Positions 45,777 to 57,001 of a DNA stretch of 64,000 nucleotides are shown piece by piece. Made by a program: the position numbers and the translations under genes. The first letter of the stretch is position 1; the number at the start of each line of letters is the position of its first letter. The notes under the pieces were generated by a model. It ran no database searches. It saw only the letters and a program-made list of their open reading frames with translations, and was not told the DNA's origin. Source of the DNA: Azolla caroliniana (Eukaryota; Plantae; Polypodiophyta); NCBI GenBank assembly GCA_043228905.1, contig JBHGNT010000001.1, forward strand, positions 3,782,001 through 3,846,000, given 5' to 3'.

Positions 45777-48700
45777 ATCTGTACGATAAAACCGTGTACA
45801 ATAGGTAGGAAATTTTGCTTCTCCGACAGCGGAGCATGTACGATGGTCGGCATCACCGGCCGAGAGAAAACAAAGACGGAGGGGAGACTTCGGGCGTGCG
45901 GAGTTCTCGGCTCTGACGAAGGAATCAACGGAGCCGTGGAGGCAGTCTCTTTCGACGACACCTTGGGAATGCTGGGGAAGGTAGTCGAAGAAGACCTTAA
46001 CGAAGACCGGACGATACCGGTATGTTCCGAAGAAATGTACGAAGTCATCGCGGACTTCGGTCGAGGGCTCGAGTCGGAACGGACGGCCCGGGTGAGCACC
46101 AAGTACAAGACGGTGGACCGGAAGGTGAGGCCAGTTGCGGCGCCCTTACCGGAGGGCAGTGAATCCCGGATTAAAGGGGTTGCATCGGACCCCAGCTTAC
46201 GAGATCGGGCCTGCATAGGACACACCTTCACCAACGAGACGCTCCGCGAGCTGAAGATCGGTGGGGGCGGGTTCCTACTGCCGGCGGAGGAAGACCGGTT
46301 CCGGAGAATGCTCGGAAGGCACGGGAAAGCCTTCGCATTCTCGCCGGAGGAAATCGGGTGCGTGGACCCGACGATCGTAGAGCCGATGGTGATATTCACG
46401 GTACCGCATGTACCGTGGAATCTCAAGCCAATTTCGGTTCCGAGAGCTCACATCCCGAAGTTGATGGAGCTGTTGAAGCAGAAAGTTGATATGGGCATTC
46501 TCGAGCCGTCGAGCGCCCCGTATTCAAACCGCTGGTTTACCGTACCAAAGAAAAACGGATCATTGCGCTTCATTCAGGACCTGCAGCCGGTCAATAGAGT
46601 GACCATTCGGAACGCGGGGATCGGACCGACCATAGACGAGTTCGCGGAGGCCTTCGCCGGAAGGTCGATTTACTCGGTCGGTGATCTATACTCAGGGTAT
46701 GACCAGTTCCAGCTAGCCGTGGAGAGCAGAGACATTACGACGATGCGAACTCCCCTCGGCCTAGTGCGGATGTGTACGCTGCCGCAAGGAGGGACCAACT
46801 CGGTGGCCCACATGGTGAATGCGATGAACAAGGTGCTGAGGGACTGCATCCCGAACATCACCATGCCGTTTCTAGACGACATCCCGATCAAGGGATGCCC
46901 GGTAGAAGAGAAGGACGAGACGATCGGGCCGGACGGATGCCGGCGATTCGTGACGGCGCACATCGACGACTGCGAGAAGGTGCTGCAAAGGCTAGAGGAG
47001 GCGAGGCTCACCTTCTCGGGGGAGAAATCAGCCTTCGGGCAGTCGGAAATCATGGTGGTCGGACACTTATGTGGGCCATATGGCCGGAAACCGTCTCCGG
47101 CAAAGGTAGAAGCCATCTCCGCGATGAAGCCCGACTGCAGCTCGGTCACGGAAGTGCGAAGATTCCTGGGGGCATGCGCATTCTACCACATATGGATCCC
47201 GCATTACGCCCACGTTGCGGAGCCGCTATACGGATTACTGAGGAAAGGGCGAAGATTCGAATGGCTAGACAAGCACACGGAGTCGGTCCGGAAGCTGAAG
47301 GAGGCTCTTTCGGCAGCACCGGCGCTCCGAAAGGCCGTCTACAGGAAGGGCACCCCAGTGTACATAACAGTTGACACGAGTCCGACCGGAATCGGGTGGG
47401 TCGTCAACCAAGAAGACGAGGACGGCAATCGGTTCCCGATCCGATTCGGTGCGAAGGTCCTCAGCGAACGGCAGCGAGGATACGCCCAGGTTAAACGCGA
47501 ACTCTGGGGTATCGTTTCGGCGGTGAAGGCCGACAAGGACTATCTGATCGGGACGGAGGTAATCATAGAGACGGATTGCATGCCGATTCTCGGCATGATT
47601 TCCGGATGCGCGACGCCGGACCTGGCAATGCTCAGGTGGATAGCGTATATCAAGTCCCTAGACCCGGTAATACGACACATTTCCGGGAAAGACAACGCCA
47701 TGGCCGACATGCTTTCAAGGGCGAGATTCGATGACGAGGGCGGCATGGTTTCGGAGGACGAAGACGTCGGCGTGGACTTCTTCGAGACTGCGTATGTAAC
47801 AACAGACGGAACAAGCACTCCGGCGCTTAACGACTTCGACGCGAGCAAGTACGACGGGGAGTGGCTGCAGATCGGTGGGTTTCTGAAGACAATGACGCCC
47901 GATGCGTCATGGACGAAGGACGAGGCCGACCGGATCCGGAAGAAAGCGTACCGGTTCTTTCTCCGGGATAGCTGTCTATGGAAGCACCCGAAGAAGAAGG
48001 ACGGCGTTCCACTCCGGGTGGTGGCGATGAAGGAAGAACAGGAGGAGCTGCTGACGGCCTACCACGACAGCCCTTGGGCTGGACACCGTGGAACATGGGC
48101 TACGTTTGAGAAACTGAAGGGGAAGTATTGGTGGCCGGGGCAGTACCAGGACGTGCATCGGTTCGTGACAACTTGCGAGAGCTGTCAGATGCACTCCACA
48201 GTCCGACATCGGGACGAGCTTCACCCCACGTACCCTCCGACCATCCACTTCAAATGGATGGTAGATCTGGTGACGATGCCAATGGGAGTAGGACAGATGC
48301 GGTACCTGGTCCTAGCGCGGGAGGATCTGACGAACCAGGTGGAAGGCCGGGCCCTTCCGAACAAAACAACCGCGGCCGTATGCCGGTTCCTAGTCGAGGA
48401 CGTGATATGCCGGTATGGGTGCGTCGGAAAGATCGTGGCTGACCGAGGGGAGTTGGACGCCGAAGAAGCCGCGGAGCTGTTCGACCGGTTGGGAGTCAAG
48501 CTCTCGCTCACCACTGCGTACAATCCGGAGGCGAATGGAAAGGTGGAGCGCGGACACGGACCGATCGTCAAGGCGTTGGTTCGGGCATGCAGAGGCCGAG
48601 TCGGTAACTGGCCGCGGCTGCTACCTTATGCTTTGTGGGCGGACCGGACCACGCACAGTTCGGTAACCGGGTACATGCCGACGGAGCTCATGTTCGGCCA

Positions 48701-49199
48701 GAAGCCGATCATGCCGATGGAACGGACGATCTCCTCGTGGGCAACGGTCGACTGGAGGGACGAGATGAGCCGGGAGGAGTTGTTGGCCGCGCGCATACGA
48801 CAGCTCGAGCGGAGACCGGAGGACGTGGAACTGGCTGCGGAGAAGCTCCGAGTGGCGAGGAGAAAGAACAAAGCCAGGTTCGACCGAACGCACCGGCTCC
48901 GACCGAAGAAAATCGAAGAAGGTGACTGGGTGCTCGTCTACGATAGCAGCCTCGACAACCAGCACCGAGCTACACGGAAGTTCGCACGAAGGTGGTTCGG
49001 GCCTTACGTGGTACGGAGCGCCAATGACAACGGGACATACCACCTGGCGGAACTCGACGGCACGAGAATGACGATACCGGTTGCAGGGAAACGGATCAAA
49101 GCGTTCAAGAAGCGACACGACGACGAGCCAGACCCGGCTCTCCTGGTCGGCAGTGACGAACGATCCGAAAACGAGGAAGAACCGACGGGCGAGGAATGA
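45717..49199 (+). CDS. pol: Pol of element A (RT-RNase H-integrase) in the -1 frame; first ATG 45843
   Basis: Open from 45717. RFIQDLQPVN, LPQG, FLDD, VDTS, integrase H...GH...CESC, WMVDL, ADRGE, NGKVERGH, GPY. No chromodomain. Confidence 0.93.
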   Translation, partial: LERTAKAWGRDSPDAPGKPHICTIKPCTIGRKFCFSDSGACTMVGITGREKTKTEGRLRACGVLGSDEGINGAVEAVSFDDTLGMLGKVVEEDLNEDRTIPVCSEEMYEVIADFGRGLESERTARVSTKYKTVDRKVRPVAAPLPEGSESRIKGVASDPSLRDRACIGHTFTNETLRELKIGGGGFLLPAEEDRFRRMLGRHGKAFAFSPEEIGCVDPTIVEPMVIFTVPHVPWNLKPISVPRAHIPKLMELLKQKVDMGILEPSSAPYSNRWFTVPKKNGSLRFIQDLQPVNRVTIRNAGIGPTIDEFAEAFAGRSIYSVGDLYSGYDQFQLAVESRDITTMRTPLGLVRMCTLPQGGTNSVAHMVNAMNKVLRDCIPNITMPFLDDIPIKGCPVEEKDETIGPDGCRRFVTAHIDDCEKVLQRLEEARLTFSGEKSAFGQSEIMVVGHLCGPYGRKPSPAKVEAISAMKPDCSSVTEVRRFLGACAFYHIWIPHYAHVAEPLYGLLRKGRRFEWLDKHTESVRKLKEALSAAPALRKAVYRKGTPVYITVDTSPTGIGWVVNQEDEDGNRFPIRFGAKVLSERQRGYAQVKRELWGIVSAVKADKDYLIGTEVIIETDCMPILGMISGCATPDLAMLRWIAYIKSLDPVIRHISGKDNAMADMLSRARFDDEGGMVSEDEDVGVDFFETAYVTTDGTSTPALNDFDASKYDGEWLQIGGFLKTMTPDASWTKDEADRIRKKAYRFFLRDSCLWKHPKKKDGVPLRVVAMKEEQEELLTAYHDSPWAGHRGTWATFEKLKGKYWWPGQYQDVHRFVTTCESCQMHSTVRHRDELHPTYPPTIHFKWMVDLVTMPMGVGQMRYLVLAREDLTNQVEGRALPNKTTAAVCRFLVEDVICRYGCVGKIVADRGELDAEEAAELFDRLGVKLSLTTAYNPEANGKVERGHGPIVKALVRACRGRVGNWPRLLPYALWADRTTHSSVTGYMPTELMFGQKPIMPMERTISSWATVDWRDEMSREELLAARIRQLERRPEDVELAAEKLRVARRKNKARFDRTHRLRPKKIEEGDWVLVYDSSLDNQHRATRKFARRWFGPYVVRSANDNGTYHLAELDGTRMTIPVAGKRIKAFKKRHDDEPDPALLVGSDERSENEEEPTGEE

Positions 49200-49253
49200 A
49201 GACGGGCCGGTTTTCTCCGTCCCAACTCTCTTGGCGCATACCGGAGGATGCGC

Positions 49254-49270
49254 GGTTAGGTGGGGGCGGA
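49254..49270 (+). promoter_or_regulatory. Polypurine tract of element A
   Basis: GGTTAGGTGGGGGCGGA immediately before the 3' LTR. Confidence 0.75.
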
Positions 49271-50062
49271 TGTCGTGAAGAAAACCGTCCATAGGCGGAA
49301 TCGGCGCACCAAGGCGTGGGAACCGGTTCTTCACGCGCGCACGCTCCAAGTAGTACATAGAAGCGAATTAGGAGGATAATCGGCAGGAACGGGCCCTAAC
49401 TCAAGTGGAGACAAAGACCGCGCGAACAGTCTTTTCGGTCGCGCGCGCGAACTGTACGAGTCGGCGGCGTAACTACGCGGATGCGTGAAAAACGGAGCGG
49501 ATCCCTGTCCAAAAGGGACAGGGAATAAAGCTGACAGGACGGCCTGCTCGTCGGCCTATATAAGGAGCGGGAAAGAGCTGTTGCAGGGATATATCTCGCG
49601 CAGAGAGGACGAAGTGCTGCCGGACCGTTTCTGGACGCTTCGCTCTCTGTTTCCTTCCTTCTTGAGCTCCATAGCTTTCCGTGCAGGGTTCCGAGGAGGC
49701 TCGCGCTGTTTTCGAGGAACGCCCGAGTGCTTCCGGCAGCACCTCCGACCAGCTACAGCCCCTTTGAGCGTCGAAGTGAACAGGCATCGGCATCTGTTCG
49801 CCGGCCTGTTCGGTCGTAACCAACCTGTGCCCCGTCGAGGGTTGTAGTCGTGTTAGCCGTTTTTCTTAATATACACATTTAGCCATTCGCATCTGTCTGT
49901 GTCGGTGTCTGTTCGTGTTCTCCGTGCTGAAGGGCCGTGTCCCTGTGTACCCCCGGTCCTGCGTAGCCGGTTCTCTCTCTTTCCCCTCCCTCGCTTGCTC
50001 TTTGGTTCGAGACCCCCACGGTCCCGCCTCGATTCCACACGCACTTGCATAATATCCCGACA
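49271..50062 (+). repeat. 3' LTR of element A
   Basis: Copy of 32906-33697. Confidence 0.97.
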
Positions 50063-50066
50063 CCGT

Positions 50067-51671
50067 AACAACCTCACCTTTCGGAATGAGGCATATTAAT
50101 CCCTCTTTCCACTTTTGTGGCATAATACCTGTATTGAACATTTCTTGAAATGCTGCCAATAGATCTTCGGCAATCAAGTCCCAATATGTAATGAAAAAAT
50201 CTCTTCCCATTCCATCTACTCCCGGGGACACATCTGGCCCAACACCTTTAATAGCTTGTAATATTTCAAAGGATGAAAATGGACGAAGAAGCTGAAGAGA
50301 TATCCGAGATGTTACCTTAACCACAGTAACAACCCATACTTTTTGGCGCATTTGTTGAGTTTCAACACTTGGAGTATCTGCTGATAACAACGACTCATAA
50401 TAAGTGGCAACAATGTTACTCATTTCATCTTTATCCATAGTAACTGTACCATCAGATCTTTTCAATTGTACAATCTGAATTTTATTTCTTTTAGGCGTAA
50501 CATGTTGGAAAAAGAATTTTGACATGGTGTCTCCTTTTGTACACCATCTTGCTGCAGATGCATGAAGAAAAAATTGAGCACGTTTTTGCTGCAGAAAAGA
50601 AATAAGCATCATAACATTCTGTAATTCACAATGAATATATTGAGAATGAGGCTGTTTTTCTTGCAAAATTTGAAGAGAAGCCAAACCTCTCTTAGCATTC
50701 AGCAATTTTCTAGTGTAGCTACTTTGTTTTAACTTAACTTGTTGTATAAAGAAGTTGGAAACTGCGAGAAGAGCATTCTGTAATTTTTGACAATTAGAAT
50801 CCCCTACAGCCATTCTCCAAATTGACAAAACTGTATTCTACAAACTCATATCATCAACAATAAACCTTGGCACATACAATCGAGAAATAGAAGTATGGCT
50901 GTTCATACAGAATTTGAGCATAATCGGGGCATGATCTGAGAACGAAGTGCCTGATATAATACCCACATATCCTCCACGATCCCAAAAGAAAGAATCTGCA
51001 TAAAACCTATCTATTCTCGACAGATTAAGAGCAACACTTCTTCGATTGGAACGTGAGTATAACAAGGAATCGGGCATGCGAGAGAAGGTTGGAATATGCC
51101 ACAAATCAGTAACTTCATATTTGAAAATTAACTTTTCCTACTCACGCAATTCTAAACCCGATATAGTAGTAGAAGATCCACCTAATCTATCACTAGGGCT
51201 TTCAATCATGTTCCAATCACCACACATGCACCAATGTTGTGCCACAGGAAGATCTTGCAATAACTTATTCCACAAACGAATTCTTCCAGTAACAGAATTT
51301 GGAGCATATACATTCAAAAAACCAATCAATTTTCCGGAGATAAGAATAAGCATATATTGAACTCTACCACCAAACAATACTCCTTTAGCTTGTACATTAG
51401 ACTGCCATTGCATTTTAAGTGCGATACAAAGGCCACCTTGAGTACCAGATGGTCCAAAAGCCGGAACCCATTCATAAATCCAATTACCACGTAGTAAATT
51501 TCTATTCGATGCTATCCTTTGTGAATTAAGATGGTGTTCTTGAAAGCATAGCATATCAAGTTGACCTATTGAAGGTAAAGATAATTCTTGATTCAAGTAA
51601 CATCTTACTCTATTACAACGACTCGTACCTAACCCTTGAAGGTTCCAAGATAAAATATTAAAATAATACAT
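50067..51671 (-). pseudogene. LINE ORF2 5' half (APE endonuclease and linker) with two in-frame TAG stops
   Basis: ILSWNLQG, CFQEH, NVYAPN, GDWN, RIDRFY, SDHAPI, SPGVDG. Stops at 51138-51140 and 50838-50840 lie in one continuous frame. Confidence 0.9.
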
Positions 51672-51672
51672 A

Positions 51673-52826
51673 TCAAGATTGAGATGGAGAAGACCTCTTA
51701 TCAGTCAAAACCACTTGTCTCTCCTTTTGAGATGAAGTTACTGCTCTTGTTATTCTTTTTTCCACACGGAAATCCTTGACTAACACACGATGGTCTTTAT
51801 ATACCCTATTTTTGCTATTCCCAAGCGCTTCTATAGTATCCTTTGCAGATGCAAAAACATACGGTGATTGCCCCACCCCTGTCTGCAAAACATCTGAATA
51901 TGATCGAGCATTTACCTTTGCATCATTATGTTGAAACGATGTTATCATTTTCTGAACTGACGCCTTAACTTTCGTCGGATCTTGTTCTAGCATTGAGTCA
52001 AGGACTGGAACAATTTCCAAAGAGGAAACGGAAACCGGCATAACTACATCTTTTTGCAAAGCGTCCATACTACATTCAGGCAACACTAAGGGAGGGGGAA
52101 TGGCTGGAATGATCTCCAAAGATGGAGCAGAAATCGACATTCCTAAATCTTGCCTCAACGTGTCCTTACTACCTTCCGATAGTGCAAATTGAGGGACATT
52201 GGAACAACTCATATCAACACCTTTTCCCTTACCCACTTTATCTAACAATATATCAAAACCCTTTACTTGTTGAGTTTCATGAGGCACCAGTGAAGTGACC
52301 ACATTATTATTTTGCTTATGCATAGCTACAATAGGCTTCCCATGGACAATCAAACAATCTTTTGCTAAATGACCAATTTTTTTACAAGAAAAACATTGGT
52401 TGGGCAACCCAAAGTAAAGCACTTTCTGAATTTTTTGAAACATATTACCTTGCAGTTTTGGAAGGCGAATCCAATTAGGTAACACTACATCTTTCTTGCA
52501 AAGTAACTTGACCGACGGAGCTCCTCCTTTTTCTACAATATCCTTGAATGTAGATGAGTTAACATGTAAAACTCTACCTATTGCTGCCCCAATTTTGTGA
52601 AGAACCTCCCTCCACTCCTTGTCTAAACCTGGAAAAACAGCAGTACACGTAAAGTATCCCGTTGCCTCCACCTGTAGGGCTGCCGTATCAAAACCATGGG
52701 TCCATGGGAAAAAAAGAACCCATGCACCTGAGATTTCTACCGAGTGGATGGAAAGGATATTGCAAACGGAAGAATGATCTTCAAACTCCAATTGATAGTA
52801 ACCTCGGCCCATCAATTGAATATCAC
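51673..52826 (-). CDS. LINE ORF1, 5'-truncated (DUF4283-like region plus CCHC knuckle)
   Basis: GRGYYQLEF...FFPW...IGAAIGRVL...YFGLPNQCFSCKKIGHLAKDC. Confidence 0.85.
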
Positions 52827-55445
52827 TTATACACATGGAGTTTATTTATCAAAGTTTTTGTCACATTCAACACATAGTATAGTTGGTTCTTGAACATATA
52901 TGTGTATATGTATAATGTATGTTAAAGGGATTGGTTTGATGAGTTAGATATAAATCATGATTATATTCACTGGGCAGGACTCCTACATTTCACAAACATA
53001 TTGTCTTAATATGTTCAACTTGTTTGATTAGTAGTGATGAATTGGTACATAAGAATCACCTCATTCCAAATGAACGTGGAAATAATGAAATGGTATTCGA
53101 TAGGTTATTACATAGTCTAGACAAATTGGTTTATTCTATGCACAATATTGTAGGTAATGTAATTAATTTTGTGGTGTGCATGATTAACGATGAGAACATT
53201 ATTTGAATAACTTGAGACAAAGATTGAACTATTGGAATGGGGTACAACACTTTTTACTTGAAATTGTGGTAAATATTTGGATGTTTCGACAATCGAGGAC
53301 ATTTGTTTTATCCAAATGGGATGAATGAATGTCACATAGAAATCTAAAAGTAATTTATCTCTCTCGCAACAAGAAAGAAATAGTGATAAGAAAAACAATA
53401 CGAATCTCTAGCGACCCTAGGAACTCTCACTTAATGAAATCTTGTAATTAAACATAGTGTGGTTTCAATGCATATGTGATGTATACGCTTCCCTAGTTTC
53501 TTGTCCATAATTAAACCAATAAGCAAATTGGCAATAATATATGTAAATAAAACACTCCTCTAGGACATAAAAAATGTGAGAAGCTCGAAAAAAAGGGATG
53601 GACAAACTCTTGCCTTTTTTTTTATTAATATACCTTGTAATAGTTACTGATCACCTTTTGTAAGTTAGAAAATAAAGGTTCATTATTGCCTTGTCGGTTA
53701 AACATATAGAGTTTTTCACCTTTCAAACTTAAAGGAAAACTACGTCACTTGATCACATGGCTTGCATTTTGCATTTTTGTTTTTGCTCTAAGCAATGGTG
53801 GACATGTATTTGTCCATATTGAAAGATCCATGTCTAATACTTTTTCTTCGATAGTTATGGCTTTCGGTGATGATGGGTTGAGTTCGTTTTGTTTCTAAAA
53901 TAATCCTTCCAAAAACAATGAGGATGACCAAGTTTTGTTGGTGTTCAAGGTTGGTATCTATGGTGAAGTTATTGGGGAGGACGAGAAATTGTTTGATGGA
54001 ACTTGAAAGCAATTGGAGCTTGTTATTTGAAGCACGAAGTGGAGCTGCTTATACATATTTAAGGACTCATTGGGAAATGCTAAAATCTAGTGGTAAACAA
54101 TTTCCTAGGTTGAAATTCCTGCAAATTATAGTTTAATCTTTGTTGTTGTGATGACATTTCAATATTTCCATATGTTTGTATCTATCTCATTGATCCTTGT
54201 ATTTAACTTCTTCAAAAAATAAATCCTCACACATCAACCTCCTCAAAGATAACAAAGTAATAATAATTATCATCATTTGCATAAATTAATGACCATTGCT
54301 TGATGATATATAGATACCCAAAACACTTCAATGCAATGTTATCACCTCTCAAAACTTCATATTATGTTGTTTGGAGGGAAAGAACATATTTTTCGAAGAC
54401 AAATATAAGGATACACGTGGTTTAGTGCAAGCACTTTAGAGAAAAGGCTACAAGTCCAAACCAAAGAAGGGTTTTTACTTAGCCATCAACTAGTGTGCAA
54501 GCCAATCACATTCCATTTCTCCAACCACCAAGGCAATGTGGGCCCACAACAATGCTACATTGCAAACATTGTAATATTGAATGATCAATATGAGGGAAGT
54601 GAAATACAAATACCATTACCTCATATTGGTTGAGCACACATCAATCAAGTGTTTGTATTAAAGAGAATGGTTAGGTGTTTAATAGTGTCCATAGAGAGGC
54701 CAATATTGACCCATGGGACCTAAGCACACAATCTTGATGTAAACTGATGAATAACATGGGTCCCCTCACAATCACAACTTTGAGAGAGAACTAGAGTTTT
54801 AAGACCTTATAAAATGAGAGCAAAGTTGGTGTTAAAGGGAAGGCAAAGTAAGAACCAAAGCCATATGAGAATAAAGCATAACCTTTTGTGTTAGGGAAAG
54901 GAAGAGAATTAACAAGCAATGACCTATGATGGATGTAACTATTGGATGTAGGGTAGGTTGAGGTTTGATGTAATCCATAAAGACTGACGAGATCCTGAAA
55001 TAATACTATAAGAAAGAATGCAAACAATCACAAGATCACGACAATTTACATGTTATTCAAGAGATTGTACATAAATTCAACCCTTAGCCATGAAGAAGAC
55101 AAATCTAATATTCATAATAGAGTGTATGAGTTTATGTATCATAGTTGTGTCTCTGTCTACAAACCTCAAGCTCGAAGCACATGCCAGATAAACTCTTCCC
55201 TTGAGACATGAGTTCCTCGTTCATATGTATATATGTGTGTGTATATATTGGTTTTAGGGCTCACACTAGGTTGGGCCAATCGGGTTATCTTGCTAGTTGT
55301 CCTTATTTACATGTGTGACAATTATACAATTTTTTGTTATGTGATTATCATGTATTTGTTAAGTTAGGAAGAGGGGGGAATAGTTGCATCTAGGGAGCAT
55401 AGTCGAGAGGAGTTCCATGTTTGATGTGTATGAAAGTGAAGAGGT

Positions 55446-55450
<5 letters not shown>

Positions 55451-55513
<63 letters not shown>
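55451..55513. repeat. (GA)n microsatellite
   Basis: Directly visible. Confidence 0.95.
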
Positions 55514-55516
<3 letters not shown>

Positions 55517-55821
55517 TGAGTATGTAATTTTTTTTTTCTAAACAAGATATCCTTCCATTAGTTTTAAAAGGCATATCATCTAAAAATTACAGTCCACTTA
55601 TTTTACCAAAATGAGAGATGATTAGGAGATATATAGCCTCCACTATGTGACTTTCAGCATACATGCCTGACATCTGTGCATATCCTACTATTGTATCAGG
55701 ATCCAATTTCAAAAAGCTTCATTCGAGCACAAATTTCCCCTATCTATATTGCAAAAGCATCTACATGCTATCAATAAGGTCAACTAACTACAGATATTTG
55801 GTGGTCAAAGGTTTCAAAGTT

Positions 55822-57001
55822 GAAAAACCTTTATTATTCTGCATATACCCGGAAATCATTGCGTTGTAAGACACCACATCTCAATTATGTTGGTTAGAAA
55901 AGTCAGTGAATGTTTCTTCCAAGTTTCCACATCTAAAATACGTGCACATATCATACATCATGGTTGTGCAAAGCTGAAAAACCTTTATTATTCTGCATAT
56001 ACCCAAAAATCAGTGCATTGTAAGACATGTTGGGATTACGGTCCCTTCGCATGGGATGGTCGGATATCGGAGATGAATGCCGACGAGCCCGGTTTCGGTT
56101 TCGGATCCGGATGACGAAGACCCCGGTTTCGGTACCGGATGACGAATGTACCCGGAGAGCGATCCGGATGCAGGGACATATCCGTGAATATGTTCGCTAT
56201 GGGCCCCTGAGGCTACAGTTGTAAATAGCCCAAAGTCATATAAGTATAAATATGACTTAGGGCAAACAGTTTTGTTGTTGCTTCTCATTTTTCTGTTTTT
56301 CCACTCAAGAGGAGTGAAGTGTAAGCAGCCGTGAGAGAGAGAGAGAGAGAGATAGAGCGCGAGAGAGGAAGAGGACGACGCCTCTGTGTATTTCCGCCGC
56401 CTGTGGCGAGGACAGTGAGCTCAAGGTCGTCGCCTTGGAGCTCGTCATTGTATACTTCTCTTTGTATAGTGTTGTTTGGAGTCTTGTACTCCCGTGGTTT
56501 TTCCCATCTAGGGTTTTCCACGTTAATCACTGTGTACTCGTGTATTTCTCTCTTTGGTTCCTATTTTCTGCTCCATTGATCCGCGATTACTCGGTTGTGG
56601 CCGGGTGAAGAAGGTGAATCGAAGCGTCTATTCCTTACAAGACACCACATCTCAATTATGTTGGTTAGAAAAGTCAGTGAATGTTTCTTCCAAGTTTCCA
56701 CATCTAAAATACGTGCACATATCATACATCATGGTTGTGCAAAGCTGAAAAACCTTTATTATTCTGCATATACCCAAAAATCAGTGCATTGTAAGACACC
56801 ACATCTCAATTATGTTGGTTAGAAAAGTCAGTGAATGTTTCTTCCAAGTTTCCACATCTAAAATACGTGCACATATCATACATCATGGTTGTGCAAAGCT
56901 GAAAAACCCTTATTATTCTGCACATACCCAAAAATTATTGCATTGTAAGTTACCACATCTTGATTATGTTGCTTAGAAAAGATTGTGAATGTTTCTTCCA
57001 G
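55822..57001. repeat. 154-bp tandem repeat (about 3.6 units) of a PPR segment
   Basis: Unit starts GAAAAACC at 55822, 55976, 56747 and 56901. The second unit is split by the solo LTR (771 = 154 + 612 + 5). Confidence 0.9.
56028..56639. mobile_element. Solo LTR (612 bp)
   Basis: TGTTGGGA...TTCCTTACA flanked by TSD AGACA (56023-56027 and 56640-56644). TATAAATA at ~56245, then a GA tract. Confidence 0.9.

Larger units (their letters stand above)
32906..50062 (+). mobile_element. Ty3/gypsy LTR retrotransposon A (~7.3 kb without the nested element), no chromodomain
   Basis: 792-bp LTRs TGTCG...CGACA, TSD CCGT (32902-32905 and 50063-50066), PBS, PPT, gag-PR and RT-RH-INT. Confidence 0.97.
30010..52826 (-). 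mobile_element. L1/Tx1-like non-LTR retrotransposon, 5'-truncated, ~5.66 kb after removing nested elements
   Basis: T16 (poly-A tail) at 30010-30025. TSD TTATACAC at 30002-30009 and 52827-52834. Contains ORF1 and an EN-RT-zf ORF2. Confidence 0.92.

Noticed and set aside
33896-49358. Long antisense ORFs (270, 254, 405, 245 aa and others)
   Set aside because: Shadow frames of GC-rich gag/pol/extra-ORF sequence with no recognisable motifs.
49866-50066. C-terminal tail of the 320-aa ORF
   Set aside because: LINE ORF2 reading into the antisense 3' LTR of element A.
53400-55400. Short ORFs suggestive of an old transposon
   Set aside because: No diagnostic motif could be identified by eye.
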